Positions 42,801 through 52,907 are shown, counted from the stretch's first letter. The stretch: DNA of 64,000 bases from Candidatus Latescibacterota bacterium (GCA_965223905.1 CBDCXV010000002.1:1-64000), one strand, 5' to 3'. A program made the numbers and translations. Notes: generated by a model not told the origin, from the sequence alone.

Positions 42801-45800
42801 CGTTGTCCGGGTCGGTGCCCCTATAGGTGGCCACCACGCCGGCGACGTTCTCGGCAAACGAAACCGTGGAAGGACCGCTCGTGATCTCCGGCGGACCGTT
42901 GGTCGGCGGGGCCGCCGACACCGTGAACGATTCGGCCAACGGACCCCCCGGCACCAGCGCCCGCACCTGGAACTCGTAGGTCACCTCCGCGTCCAGACCG
43001 TCCACCGTATGCGTCACCGTCGAACCCGTGCGGTTGGGTTCGATCCCCTCCCAAAGCCCCCACGACCCCGTGCCCGCCTGCTGACGATACTGCCAGGCCG
43101 TGATCGCCGGATCGTCCGGATCCATCCAGGTCAACTCCACCGTGGTGGCGGTCGGTCGCTGCCAACGAAGACCCAGAACCGAACCGGAAGTCGACTCCGA
43201 AATCGTCGCCCCGTCCGAAGCGACCAAACGCATCTTGATTTGGTAGGTCACGCCGGGGTCCAGGCCCGTGATTCGCAGCGTCGCCGCCTGTCGGAAAGCG
43301 GCGGCTTGAGTCTCCGACGCGCCCCCGGCCAACCCCTCCACCGGCGCAAGGTCGGTAGGGGAAAAGGTCACGACCAGGCTCGCCCCAGGGGGCAGAAGCG
43401 GAGAGAAATTGGCCAGGGGTACGAAATCGCTGGTCGTCGTGACCCCCGTCGCGCTGACGGTCACCAACTGATACCGGACGTTGTCCGACGGTACCGTATA
43501 AGCGCTTTCCGGCAGGTCCTCATCCTCGTCCGACAGGTCAAACCCCACCTCGAACTGCGCCTTGCCCGCCCCGCCTCGGGGTTTCACCGAAAGCAGCTGC
43601 CTGAAATGCGATGGCGGAGACACCATCACCTCCGGCTCCGCCCCCGTGAAGGTCCCGTAGCGGGGCCGCACCTTGAACCGGTGCCCCCGCCACAACTTCA
43701 CGCGCTCTACCGTATGCGTGACCGTAGTCGCACCGCTGCCGCTTATCTCCTGCCAGTCCTGCCAGGCCAAAGGGCCCGCCTTATGCCGTGTGTCCCATCC
43801 CGTAATGCGGGTATCGCCCGGATCGTCCCAGGTCAGCTTGACTTTGTGGTCGGCAAAAATATCGAGACCGTCCAGAACCCATTCCGCCGCCAGGTTTTCC
43901 GGGGGCATGGTAACCTGCGCCGCGGCGCCCTCTCCGATCGCGTTTTCCGCACGCACCTCGAAGGTGTACACGGTGCCGTTGGTCAGTCCCGTGACCGTGT
44001 GCTCGGTGAGATCGGCCGCCTCGGTGCCGGCGGGAAGGGAGATCGGACCCCAGTCCGGAGACCACGTAGTCCCCCCGTCCGTGCTCTGGCGGTAATCATA
44101 TCTGGTAAGCGCCGAGCCGTTGTCCGGCGGCGTGTCCCAGGTCAAAAGCACCGCACGGTCGCGCGGGGCCGCCCGCAGGTTACCCGGCGCCGACGGCACA
44201 CCCGCCACCGCCACCGCCATAGCGGTGGCGGGTGTGCTCGTCCCCAGCCCATTGACCGCCGAAACCTCAAACGTGTACGACGTGTTGTGAATCAGATTTT
44301 CCACCGTCGCCTGAGTCGTCGTCACGGCGATCGGATCGCTCCAGGTACCCGCACCGGAACGGAACCGGTACTGGTACGTGACCGTAGGATCGGTGGAGGC
44401 ATCCCACGCCAGCGTCACTTGGCCCAGCTGGACTTCGGCCCTCAGGTTGGCAGGGGTGGTCGAAGCCGCAATGGATACATCCACGAGGATGTTGACATCC
44501 GCATCGGCATCGTCATACCGGATGTCGGTCAAAGCGAGGCTCAGGGTAGTGGGATCGGGGTGGGCACGGCCACCGGTTACCTGGCGCAGCCCGGCCCCCG
44601 CATTCAGACTGGTGGCCACCGTTACGCTGTCCTCGTCGAACGTACCGAAGCCGGTCCGGGGATCTTCTATCGGGCCGGTCGAAAAGGGATCGGACAACAT
44701 GTCGTGGTATTCGGGGACCGTAGGATTCTGGTCTTGATCCCGAGAGTCGCGATAACGACGTTCGTCGGCGACTATGAGGAGGGGACGCTCTTGAAAATCG
44801 GAGTCCATATCGTCATAGCGGCGCCAGACCATGAGGCCCTGATCTACCGCGTTTCTGGCCGCATAGTCGTAGAACAAGACATAGCGCCCACCAAACGCCT
44901 GCGTCGTACGGCGGTTGAGCAGAAATTCGACGTTTCCCCGGTCAATCAGATAAGTCGCACCGGCGGCGATGGCGTAGTCGTTCTGAGAACCCATAATCTC
45001 GGTCGGCGTGAGCCAACCAAGATCCACCAGGTAAAAGGGGTTTATCGGATTGGAACAGGAGGAATAGGGCAGATAGTAGCCGTTTGCCCCATCTTGGGGC
45101 CCTTGATCTCCGCCGCCCTGCATCAAGGTCCACCCCATGTGGTTGGCATCGTCCACCACATGGTTTGACACCGAGTTGCCGTACCGATTCCGGCCGGCGG
45201 GGTCCGTCCAATTCCCGTCGCCATGGTTGAGACCAAGCAGGTGACCCACTTCATGAGCGTGCGTGCCAATGCCTGCAAACCGGTCAGCGCCATGGCTGTT
45301 GTTTTTAAACCCCTGACGCTCCGACATTACGTAGCGGTAAGCGACATTCCCGGCTCTTGGATTGGCTGATGTAACTCTATCCGCTCGGGGGTGCAGTCTG
45401 CTGCTGGTATCGCTAAAGTAGGGTCCGGAGTACAGAAACAGGATCTTTCGGCGCAGAAGGCGGGAGAACGGATAATCGGCCGAAGTGTGGTTTGGGAGAC
45501 TGATGGAAGACCCCGAGGCGGCCAACGTCCTCAGCGTCTCCCGGAACGCGTCGTTCCAGAAATCATTACTCATGGCGCGCTCGGCATAGTGTTCCTTGGA
45601 GGCCGCCAATGGAATCCAATTGGGAAAGCCGTCGCTTCCCGCCGTATTGATCATACGCACGTGCAGCTCGAACGCTCCGTCGGAAACCTCGTCAAAGTAG
45701 GCCCGCAGACTGCCGAACACCTCGGGCAGTCGCTCGTTGCCACCCGCTACCGTGACGTTGCTTCCGACAAAGGCGGTGGGATGGCCCCCTTCCGCAGTGG

Positions 45801-46128
45801 GATAGCCGCCTGCCAGCATCCGCATAAAATCGTTCAGGCGGTAAAAAGTGGGGGTTGCCGTTCCCCTGGTGCCCTCACCATGCGGTCGGTCGTAATCGTG
45901 ATACCTATACCGGGAGCAGGTCGTGCACGGTCTATGGTTTGTGGGAGATGAGGCCGTCGTGTCCCGGAAGGTGATCAACACCACATCCAGGGTACAGGCT
46001 TCAGCGGCGGCGTTTGCGATGGGGTTGCCTGCGTGCGGCCACGTAGAAGTCGAGCCGCGGGCAAAAATCGCCGAAGAACTGAGAAGCGATCCAAAAAGAA
46101 GCGCGAGTAACACAGGGGTCGGTTTCAT
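39814..46128 (-). CDS. M6 (immune inhibitor A-like) metzincin protease head + FN3/cadherin-like stalk (2104 aa); truncated, no sorting domain
   Basis: Signal peptide; GSLRAYFDEVSDG; HEVGHLLGLNH (HExxHxxGxxH); Met-turn GWTLMQGG; LGWLTP; GLMVW. Start overlaps the upstream stop (ATGA). Confidence 0.88.
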   Translation of the reverse strand: MKPTPVLLALLFGSLLSSSAIFARGSTSTWPHAGNPIANAAAEACTLDVVLITFRDTTASSPTNHRPCTTCSRYRYHDYDRPHGEGTRGTATPTFYRLNDFMRMLAGGYPTAEGGHPTAFVGSNVTVAGGNERLPEVFGSLRAYFDEVSDGAFELHVRMINTAGSDGFPNWIPLAASKEHYAERAMSNDFWNDAFRETLRTLAASGSSISLPNHTSADYPFSRLLRRKILFLYSGPYFSDTSSRLHPRADRVTSANPRAGNVAYRYVMSERQGFKNNSHGADRFAGIGTHAHEVGHLLGLNHGDGNWTDPAGRNRYGNSVSNHVVDDANHMGWTLMQGGGDQGPQDGANGYYLPYSSCSNPINPFYLVDLGWLTPTEIMGSQNDYAIAAGATYLIDRGNVEFLLNRRTTQAFGGRYVLFYDYAARNAVDQGLMVWRRYDDMDSDFQERPLLIVADERRYRDSRDQDQNPTVPEYHDMLSDPFSTGPIEDPRTGFGTFDEDSVTVATSLNAGAGLRQVTGGRAHPDPTTLSLALTDIRYDDADADVNILVDVSIAASTTPANLRAEVQLGQVTLAWDASTDPTVTYQYRFRSGAGTWSDPIAVTTTQATVENLIHNTSYTFEVSAVNGLGTSTPATAMAVAVAGVPSAPGNLRAAPRDRAVLLTWDTPPDNGSALTRYDYRQSTDGGTTWSPDWGPISLPAGTEAADLTEHTVTGLTNGTVYTFEVRAENAIGEGAAAQVTMPPENLAAEWVLDGLDIFADHKVKLTWDDPGDTRITGWDTRHKAGPLAWQDWQEISGSGATTVTHTVERVKLWRGHRFKVRPRYGTFTGAEPEVMVSPPSHFRQLLSVKPRGGAGKAQFEVGFDLSDEDEDLPESAYTVPSDNVRYQLVTVSATGVTTTSDFVPLANFSPLLPPGASLVVTFSPTDLAPVEGLAGGASETQAAAFRQAATLRITGLDPGVTYQIKMRLVASDGATISESTSGSVLGLRWQRPTATTVELTWMDPDDPAITAWQYRQQAGTGSWGLWEGIEPNRTGSTVTHTVDGLDAEVTYEFQVRALVPGGPLAESFTVSAAPPTNGPPEITSGPSTVSFAENVAGVVATYRGTDPDNDVLTWSLGGADADTMRLDASGRLRFRAPPPDFESPGDANGDHVYEVDVSLSDGRPDATADTTVTVRVTVTGVNEAPEITSGPPAPSFAENRAGVVATYAATDPEGNSITWTLGGADADTMEIDASGRLRFRAPPPDFESPGDANDDTVFEVTVTAGDGSLSSPPFPVRVSLTNVDEPGTVTLPSSPQEGLAFTAALTDPDGNVSARHEEGDSDDADRDGWVFERRLGNGPWQPIPSPGGASGAVSTLPGLKSYTPTAADVGHMLRARVSYRDGHGPGKRAQSAPTGAVTPARPPPPTEGLLPGPEGGLAVSGWAQARVSWPPVSASPAVSGYDVHWQSKPVSGGTWPESWTSLLDNGAGTVEGARRAHVHPTLDPDRVYRYRVRARRGQEAGAWSGPLPGEAGVQPQPGPATGVTATRGDRQVRLAWTGPDHAHLTGWQYRSGTVVGPDTTWASWQTMSGSGASTRVHTVPNLTNGRRYTFRVRALNAAGQGAPSEATTAVTPAGVAAAPGNLRAAPGDGDRQMRLSWETAADNGSALRGYQYRQSTDGGASWAPWGAVSGSDATTTSHALTGLSPGAYTFEVRALNGVGDGVASNRATGIWFEENGTGAAVSYPSVAGRTWTRSGVDAGAFTLSSSGVLGFGTAPNFESPVDADTDNVYRVTVEARESGAPVLRLPVTVTVTNVDEEGTVTLSPMAPRVGQDLTATLSDPDGGEENVRWTWFSSTPAPPGGASGAVDEQLGTSKTIRLGRGLIGKQLRARARYDDAHGPGKQAASVKSDPVVGVPEAPGDFQATPGNGQVSLSWSAPSSTGGSAISRYEHRHRRSSASWPNDDTWTEVGTATSATVSSLRNGTPYAFQVRAVNEVGEGPAADATATPRQPNRVPVLSGPDSPSFDENGTGAVGAYSALDPDGHSIAWSLTGDDASDFRLSGSGPGRGLRFATAPNFESPGDDGTDNVYQVTVKVKDTGTPADSSLLDVTVTVKLVRRMYPPAQI
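43005..43920. repeat. Shared stalk block C, near-identical to about 49319-50235 (offset 6314), linking the M6-head and lyase-head genes
   Basis: Near-identical protein segment PENLAAEWVLDGLDIFADHKVKLTWDDP...EGIEPNRTGSTVTHTV in both genes. Confidence 0.92.
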
Positions 46129-46911
46129 TGGCTGACCTCCTGTTTGATGCGTGCCCAGGACAACCCCTCAACACTGGAGTCCGACGAGCTGGACCGGAGA
46201 GCCGCCTCGGCTCCCTCAACCGTCCGGGTACGTCCATCAATTACTGCGTGTTTGGCTGTCAAATAGTTGATAAATAGAGGAGCATCGCCGCTCCCCCTTT
46301 CATCGCTACAGCCCTTGATCCCAAAGCCTTTCAGGAAAGCAGTACCGCCTAATGCGTAAGGAAAATGCTTAATAGGTCCGCCATAAGTCTCAGATTCAGA
46401 AGAGGCGCCGGAAGCCCCTTCATCCAAATCAAAAAAGAACCGTCCACTCTGGATTATTGTGACCTTGTTGTATCCTTCTGGAGTATCGACCGAATAGCTT
46501 GGGCGGCTGGACCCGCTGGCGCCGCTAGCGCCGGAGGAAAAGCGATACAGCGACTGCTCCCCATCGTCGGTGCGTTCCATCAGTTGGTCGCCCGACCACC
46601 GCAGCTTCTTGCCCGCTATGAAATAGGATGGGGCCGGGGGCCAAAGCTCAGGCATTTCGCTGATGACGTAGTAGGTCGTGTCGGTGATGACCTCGGTGCG
46701 CAACACCGAAATGGTGAATTGGGGGGGGAAATTGGGCCCCGGCCCAGTCAGGCCAATTTTGGCGGTCGGCCTCATCGTTTTCGTAGTCGTAGTAGTCATG
46801 CTCATACGTCCACGAATTGCCCACGGCCAGCGGCAGGAAATCGCTGGTTTCAGCGACGACCGACCCGCTGCCCAGGCAAAAAACAGATATGAGTAGTAGA
46901 AGCGCTTTCAT
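46125..46911 (-). pseudogene. Exported partner protein (FxPLxVGNxWxY family) with SWARIK tail, frameshifted at a C8 homopolymer
   Basis: ORFs 46648..46911 and 46125..46805 join if the G8 run at 46721-46728 is G7 (QFPPQFTISVLRTE, which aligns with KQFTLEITHTE of the neighbouring gene). Confidence 0.8.
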
Positions 46912-46950
46912 GCGTCACCTCCGTGATTGGTTATGATGTGATTTAGCTCA
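46898..46950 (-). repeat. Approximately 45-bp gene-junction module CTAAATCACATCATAACCAATCACGGAGGTGACGC-ATGA-AAGCGCT; other copies at about 52897-52945, 59571-59612, 60493-60540 and 61450-61497
   Basis: Five copies read directly from the sequence; each contains a GGAGGT Shine-Dalgarno and the start ATG (ATGA stop/start overlap in four copies). Confidence 0.88.
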
Positions 46951-48191
46951 AGGTATCCGGGCCCCTCGTCGACCAAGCGGTTGAAATCTATTTCCCCGAG
47001 ATCGGCGATTCCCATGGACGACAGTAATACAGATTTATAGAACATAGTACCATCCGACACTCCACCAAGTATCAGGTCGCCATCTGTCGAACCAGGCTCC
47101 TTGAAGGTGCCCTCACTGAAGTCAAAGGCGCCGCCACTCCATGAGAGTGTGTCCCGTTTTCCCACTACGGGCGGAAGATCGGGCTCGACCAGAACCAAGA
47201 ATTTTTCCATCGCCTCTATATCGGACACCTCTTTGCCGGAGATTATCGCCGAAAATGCACTAAGGGTATTGTATAACGGCTCCTGATAGTATAAGTCCAC
47301 CCAGGTCTGCCTAACCCCACTCATGCCATATCCATTCAAAAATTGAACCGTCCATTCGCGGGCCGGAGCCCAGAAGTAAGGAAATTCCGCTGGCCAGGAG
47401 AAATCAAAACGAACTTCCAAAGCCTGATTCCGATATACTGGATTTACCAATATATCCAGTTGAGCCGGGTACATAAGAAGCTGTTTTCCTTGAAACATAT
47501 CTTTCATTTGCCGGGCAATGTTATGAATACCTCTGGGATCGGGATGACCGCTGCGGAGATCACGGACAAAAAGCCCACCTACGTCATTCGAGTCCCATCC
47601 TATGGACGGCATTCTGAAATCAAACACGGGGACGTCCACGCCATCCAAGCGAAAAAAGAGAACCCCGTCCTCCGACAACCGCACCTTGTTCCCGGCAAAA
47701 AACAACCCCTTATCCGGGTCCCACTGTTCGTTCCAAACCAACCCAAACCCTGGCAACGGCGGCCAGTCGTAGGGCGGCTCGTTGAAGACGAAATACTCAA
47801 ACCCGTCAATGAATTCCGTGTGCGTGATTTCGAGAGTAAACTGTTTGGTATCTGGATGAGTCAGGGATCGGTCGGGTGGATCTATTTCGTCCGGGGGGGA
47901 CTTTCCAAGCAGAGTGTCCCCAGGCACCCTGAATGGGCTGAAGTAGGCTTCCCAGTACTCCGCTTCCTCCTCGCTCCAGTTCTCGCCGTCCGAGAGGTCC
48001 CAAAGGACGTACCACCGGTCATACATTTCATTTTGATACCCGTGGGAAACGGTCCACCGGTTGCCGACTTCCAAGGGAACGAAATCGGTCACGTTGAACT
48101 CAATGGCCGTTCCCTCATCCTGGGCGACCACCGGGGCCGTATGGCCAGCCAGGAAAATCAGCAAGAGCGTTACCCATCTAATTCCAGCCAT
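46908..48191 (-). CDS. Exported partner protein (FxPLxVGNxW family)
   Basis: ATG at 48191 follows AAAGGGGA; signal peptide MAGIRWVTLLLIFLAGHTAPVVAQ; FVPLEVGNRWTV. Ends in the shared LNHIITNHGGDA tail. Confidence 0.8.
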   Translation of the reverse strand: MAGIRWVTLLLIFLAGHTAPVVAQDEGTAIEFNVTDFVPLEVGNRWTVSHGYQNEMYDRWYVLWDLSDGENWSEEEAEYWEAYFSPFRVPGDTLLGKSPPDEIDPPDRSLTHPDTKQFTLEITHTEFIDGFEYFVFNEPPYDWPPLPGFGLVWNEQWDPDKGLFFAGNKVRLSEDGVLFFRLDGVDVPVFDFRMPSIGWDSNDVGGLFVRDLRSGHPDPRGIHNIARQMKDMFQGKQLLMYPAQLDILVNPVYRNQALEVRFDFSWPAEFPYFWAPAREWTVQFLNGYGMSGVRQTWVDLYYQEPLYNTLSAFSAIISGKEVSDIEAMEKFLVLVEPDLPPVVGKRDTLSWSGGAFDFSEGTFKEPGSTDGDLILGGVSDGTMFYKSVLLSSMGIADLGEIDFNRLVDEGPGYLELNHIITNHGGDA

Positions 48192-48344
48192 GAAATATCC
48201 CCTTTCAATTGACAAATTTTCTTTGGTCAAAAAGAGATGCACCGGGCGATCGCCCATAGAAGACTACGTGTGTTCTCCGTTAATGATTCAGGCTTGTACC
48301 TTCGCGTAAGCCGCGGTTTTCATGGAAACATACCTCGATTCTTA

Positions 48345-51300
48345 CTAGGAGGCTACGCCGGGGACATAACTCCATTTCCACCGCGACGGGGACACATTCC
48401 TTGTTTTGAACTCCCTTTGAATGTCCCCCGGATCCTCGAAATCCGGGGGCGGCTCCCGGAAACGCAGCCGACCCGACGCATCGATTTCCATCGTGTCCAC
48501 ATCGGCGCCGCCCAGCGTCCAGGTGAGCGCATCACTGTCCGGGTCGGTGCCCGTATACGTGGCCACCGTGCGGGCGTCGTTTTCGGCAAACGATACCGCC
48601 GAAGGACCGCTCGTGATCTCCGGCGGACCGTTGGTCACCGGGGCCGGCGGCGGGACCGCAAGCGACCCATCCGGACTCGTCTCCACCATCGGCCAGGCCA
48701 ACACCACCCCGCCATTCGAGGCCACCCCCCGAACCCGGAACCGGTGATTCACCCCGTTGGTCAGGTCCGGCACCGTATACGAGGTCGTCGACGCCGTGCT
48801 GCCCGGGACCGGCTGCCACCCACTCCACCTGTCCTGACCCTCGCGCACCCGATACTGCCACCCCGCGATACGGGTATCGGACGGGTCCGCCCAGACCAGC
48901 TCCACCGAGCCGTTCAACGCCTGGGCCCGCAAGCCGTTGGGCGGACCTCCCACCGACTTCCCGAAGGGACCCTCCTGGGACCCGGCCAAGGCCCGAACCC
49001 GGAACCGGTAGCTCACCCCGTTGGTCAGGTCCGTAACCGTATACGAGGTCGTCGACGCCGTGCTGCCCGGGATCGGCTGCCACGCTCCCCAATCCTCTCC
49101 GGCCTGCCGCTGCTGATACTGCCACCCGGTGATGCGGGCATTGTTCGCGTCGTCCCAACGCAACGTCATCGACGCGTGACCGGGGTCCGCCCGCAGGTTA
49201 CCCGGCGCTACCAAAGACTTCGGAGGAGCCGACACCGTGAACGATTCGGCAACCAGACCCCCCGGACCGATCGCACCAACCTGAAACCGGTAGGTCTCCT
49301 CCGCGTCGAGACCCGACACCGTATGCGTCACCGTCGAACCCGTGCGGTTGGGTTCGATCCCCTCCCAAAGCCCCCACGACCCCGTGCCCGCCTGCTGACG
49401 ATACTGCCAGGCCGTGATCGCCGGATCGTCCGGATCCATCCAGGTCAACTCCACCGTGGTGGCGGTCGGTCGCTGCCAACGAAGACCCAGAACCGAACCG
49501 GAAGTCGACTCCGAAATCGTCGCCCCGTCCGAAGCGACCAAACGCATCTTGATTTGGTAGGTCACGCCGGGGTCCAGGCCCGTGATTCGCAGCGTCGCCG
49601 CCTGTCGGAAAGCGGCGGCTTGAGTCTCCGACGCGCCCCCGGCCAACCCCTCCACCGGCGCAAGGTCGGTAGGGGAAAAGGTCACGACCAGGCTCGCCCC
49701 AGGGGGCAGAAGCGGAGAGAAATTGGCCAGGGGTACGAAATCGCTGGTCGTCGTGACCCCCGTCGCGCTGACGGTCACCAACTGATACCGGACGTTGTCC
49801 GACGGTACCGTATAAGCGCTTTCCGGCAGGTCCTCATCCTCGTCCGACAGGTCAAACCCCACCTCGAACTGCGCCTTGCCCGCCCCGCCTCGGGGTTTCA
49901 CCGAAAGCAGCTGCCTGAAATGCGATGGCGGAGACACCATCACCTCCGGCTCCGCCCCCGTGAAGGTCCCGTAGCGGGGCCGCACCTTGAACCGGTGCCC
50001 CCGCCACAACTTCACGCGCTCTACCGTATGCGTGACCGTAGTCGCACCGCTGCCGCTTATCTCCTGCCAGTCCTGCCAGGCCAAAGGGCCCGCCTTATGC
50101 CGAAAGTCCCATCCCGTAATGCGGGAGTCGTCCGGATCGTCCCAGGTCAGCTTGACTTTGTGGTCGGCAAAAATATCGAGACCGTCCAGAACCCATTCCG
50201 CCGCCAGGTTCTCCGGGGGCAGGGTAACCTGCGCCGCAGCGCCCTCCCCGACCGCGTTGACCGCCCGCACCTCGAAGGTGTACACGGTGCCGTTCGTCAG
50301 GCTCGTGACCGTGTGCTCCTCGAGGTCGGCGGCCGTCGTGCCGGAGGGAAGGGGAATCGTCCCCCAGTCCGGCGACCAGGTCGCACCCCCGTCCGTGCTC
50401 TGCCGATACTCATACCCGGTTAAGGGGGAACCGTTGTTCGCCGCCGGCGTGTCCCAGGTCAGGAGCACCGCACGATCGCGCTGGGTCGCCCGCAGGTTTC
50501 CCGGCGCCAAAGGCACCTGACCGCAGTTCAACAGGGTAACCCCCGACGAAAAAAGAAGGCCGCCGGTCCCCGCCTGCTCGCAATGCACCGCGTCCCTCAC
50601 CGTCACGTCGGTCAACCTCGCCACACCCAAGCTTTTTACTCGAATCCCGTACCAGTCATCATGGGACGGGTCGGTGGTGTTGGACGAGCGGAAGGTGATG
50701 CCGCCCCCCACGGTCGTGAGGTTACCCCTGACGATGAGCTCCGAGCGGGCCGGATCCTCGCCGCCCCCGGTCTCGTCGCTGTTGGCCGCAAAGCGAATCT
50801 CGGTATCGGCTGCGATGGTCAGGTCCATTCCGTCGGGAATCGTGACGTCGCCGGTGACCAGGATCGTGCCCGACCACTTGCTGTGGCCAACCAGCTCCCC
50901 CGACCAGGGGGTGGGGTTGGTGGAGACGTGGAAATCGTCGAGGAACAGGGTGTTGTCGGCAGGAGAACGGTATTTGCCGCCGTAGTGGATGTCCGCCCAG
51001 GCCCGGTTGATCCCGATGGTGTCGTGGGTCGTATAGGCCAAATCATAAACGCATAAATCCGGATCCTTCTCGCCGTTGATCCAGACCTCGGTCAGGCCGT
51101 TTTCCCGGCCCGGATCGTTCATCTTGATGCGCTGCTCGATGCGATACCATTGGTTCATCTGAAGGCGTGGCGCGGCGTTCCAATCAACTCTTCCCTCCGT
51201 CTCGTCATAAGGCCAGTGATCGCCTGTGTCGTTCTCCTGGTTCAGGTGATAGACGTAGGACAACGGCGACCATTGGTTTGTGGGATATCCCGCCCCCCTA

Positions 51301-51914
51301 CCCGCCAGCATGCGCGCCGACCACCCCACGGATCCTTGCTCCGGATCGGGCTTCCAACCGCCCGCACCGGCATTGTACGTGCCCGCCAGACCGGGTATCT
51401 TTACTACATGTTGTTCTTTAAAAAACCAGTCCTCCTCCAGTTTTATATGATACCTCAGGTACATCTCATCGTTATCCGGCACTAACGAATCGTAGATCCG
51501 CCTATCACCTTTAGGCCATAGGTTCGTCGCGTCGCCACGGACGATCCTGCCGCCCAGGTAGTAGCTGATGCTTCGCCCGAAGTGGGGACTTAGCACATTT
51601 CCCGGGCCATTCGGGTTGTTCGTGCCATCTTGATTGCTCGTGGAATCCGGTATGAACACTTCCAAGGACCGGTTGGCTAGGACAACGCCATCTATTGTTG
51701 TATCGAGAAGGGCACGGTCGGCTCTTCCGCTTCGGATGCGATTGAACTTGACATGAGGCAGGGGCTGAGGCGTGATGGTATTTTCGTTGACAACGTGTTG
51801 CGCCCACGTGCGAAGCCCGTAATCCTCGAAGTCCTGCTTGAAATAGGTCGTATCCTGCTGTGCCAGGGCAGTTCCGCTCAGGCACAAGGCGGCGTACAGA
51901 ATCGCTCTTTTCAT
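48345..51914 (-). CDS. PL14-like polysaccharide lyase head + neck + partial FN3/cadherin stalk (1189 aa); truncated
   Basis: Signal peptide; EMYLRYHIKL..DW.F, VKIPGLAG, GWSARM, YVYH, WYRIEQRIKMNDPG..NG..EVWING, YGG, FLDDF. Breaks at PPDFEDPGD in the middle of a cadherin-like domain. Confidence 0.82.
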   Translation of the reverse strand: MKRAILYAALCLSGTALAQQDTTYFKQDFEDYGLRTWAQHVVNENTITPQPLPHVKFNRIRSGRADRALLDTTIDGVVLANRSLEVFIPDSTSNQDGTNNPNGPGNVLSPHFGRSISYYLGGRIVRGDATNLWPKGDRRIYDSLVPDNDEMYLRYHIKLEEDWFFKEQHVVKIPGLAGTYNAGAGGWKPDPEQGSVGWSARMLAGRGAGYPTNQWSPLSYVYHLNQENDTGDHWPYDETEGRVDWNAAPRLQMNQWYRIEQRIKMNDPGRENGLTEVWINGEKDPDLCVYDLAYTTHDTIGINRAWADIHYGGKYRSPADNTLFLDDFHVSTNPTPWSGELVGHSKWSGTILVTGDVTIPDGMDLTIAADTEIRFAANSDETGGGEDPARSELIVRGNLTTVGGGITFRSSNTTDPSHDDWYGIRVKSLGVARLTDVTVRDAVHCEQAGTGGLLFSSGVTLLNCGQVPLAPGNLRATQRDRAVLLTWDTPAANNGSPLTGYEYRQSTDGGATWSPDWGTIPLPSGTTAADLEEHTVTSLTNGTVYTFEVRAVNAVGEGAAAQVTLPPENLAAEWVLDGLDIFADHKVKLTWDDPDDSRITGWDFRHKAGPLAWQDWQEISGSGATTVTHTVERVKLWRGHRFKVRPRYGTFTGAEPEVMVSPPSHFRQLLSVKPRGGAGKAQFEVGFDLSDEDEDLPESAYTVPSDNVRYQLVTVSATGVTTTSDFVPLANFSPLLPPGASLVVTFSPTDLAPVEGLAGGASETQAAAFRQAATLRITGLDPGVTYQIKMRLVASDGATISESTSGSVLGLRWQRPTATTVELTWMDPDDPAITAWQYRQQAGTGSWGLWEGIEPNRTGSTVTHTVSGLDAEETYRFQVGAIGPGGLVAESFTVSAPPKSLVAPGNLRADPGHASMTLRWDDANNARITGWQYQQRQAGEDWGAWQPIPGSTASTTSYTVTDLTNGVSYRFRVRALAGSQEGPFGKSVGGPPNGLRAQALNGSVELVWADPSDTRIAGWQYRVREGQDRWSGWQPVPGSTASTTSYTVPDLTNGVNHRFRVRGVASNGGVVLAWPMVETSPDGSLAVPPPAPVTNGPPEITSGPSAVSFAENDARTVATYTGTDPDSDALTWTLGGADVDTMEIDASGRLRFREPPPDFEDPGDIQREFKTRNVSPSRWKWSYVPGVAS

Positions 51915-51959
51915 CCCGGAACCTTTCGGGTTTGGTGTTTTTTAGTTGGGTTGGAGTTT

Positions 51960-52907
51960 TTACCGCTGTTCTTTTTTGACCTGCCCCCAAGTCTTCTCAG
52001 AGGGCTGGTCGCCGACGACCGTCCCGGAATCGAGCGCATGCTCCCACCTGTCGAAATGGGCGTCTCGAGACCGCTTCCCCGTGCCATCCAGACCCACCTC
52101 GTAAATGCCGTCCGAGGCGCCCGTCGCCCCGTCGCTCACCTGGGTGAAGGCGATGCGCCGGCTGTCGGACGACCAGGAAAGAAAGCGGATCTGGACATTG
52201 TCCAGAATCTCCCGCACCTGCGTGCCCGCAGAATCGGCGACGAACAGGCCCGGCCCCCAAACGTCACCGAAGGCGATATGGGCGCCATCGGGCGACCACG
52301 CACCGTAGCTGGTGCTCTTCGACAAATACGTGCGGGAAGGGGAGTCCGTGGAGGATGATCCGGTAACCGTTTCGAGGTCGTCGAGGTCCAAGACCAGCAG
52401 CGTGTAGCATTCGTCGAAACAGTCGTTATACAGCAGTTTGCGGCCGTCCGGGGAGAAGGGAGATGGCCATGCGTTGGCCAGACTGCCTTGTTTGGTGAGA
52501 AGCCGGGGATTCGAACCGTCGATCTCTACCGCCCAGAGATCGATCAGGAATACACTTACAAAATCAAAGAAGATCGTCCTGCCATCTGGGTGCCATCGGG
52601 GGGTTTGAATTGACCGACCGCCAATCGTTGTGTGATCAAGTAGCAGGGTTTCTTCCTCGGTCTCGAGATCCATCAGGTACAGATCCGACAGTCTGATATA
52701 GACCATGCGGGTCCGATCCGGAGAGAGTGCCGGGTCATATCCCTGGGCAAGCTGCCGTTCGCCACTGCCGTCCAGATTGCTTATGTAGATCACTTCTCTT
52801 TTGGCATACACTTTGAACCCCTGGTCCTCGGTCTCCTCCTCTTGTGCTTTGGCCGGCATTCCGCCGAAGCACAGGACAGATGCGAGAAGTAGTACGAGCG
52901 CTTTCAT
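51960..52907 (-). CDS. TolB-like (PD40) beta-propeller partner protein with TWGQVK tail
   Basis: Signal peptide; PALSPD, PRWHPDG, FSPDGRKLLY, AWSPDG and SWSSDSRRIAF repeats; ends EKTWGQVKKEQR. Confidence 0.88.
   Translation of the reverse strand: MKALVLLLASVLCFGGMPAKAQEEETEDQGFKVYAKREVIYISNLDGSGERQLAQGYDPALSPDRTRMVYIRLSDLYLMDLETEEETLLLDHTTIGGRSIQTPRWHPDGRTIFFDFVSVFLIDLWAVEIDGSNPRLLTKQGSLANAWPSPFSPDGRKLLYNDCFDECYTLLVLDLDDLETVTGSSSTDSPSRTYLSKSTSYGAWSPDGAHIAFGDVWGPGLFVADSAGTQVREILDNVQIRFLSWSSDSRRIAFTQVSDGATGASDGIYEVGLDGTGKRSRDAHFDRWEHALDSGTVVGDQPSEKTWGQVKKEQR

Noticed and set aside
14727-48257. Longest-ORF starts at 14756, 15787, 22513, 36371 and 48257
   Set aside because: Downstream ATGs (14726, 15709, 22486, 36362, 48191) have better-placed RBSs and put the signal peptide at the N-terminus.
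48195-48420. AT-richer spacer between the lyase stalk break and the 48191 gene as a separate gene or RNA
   Set aside because: No convincing ORF, motif or structure was recognised; it may be leader sequence imported with the cassette.
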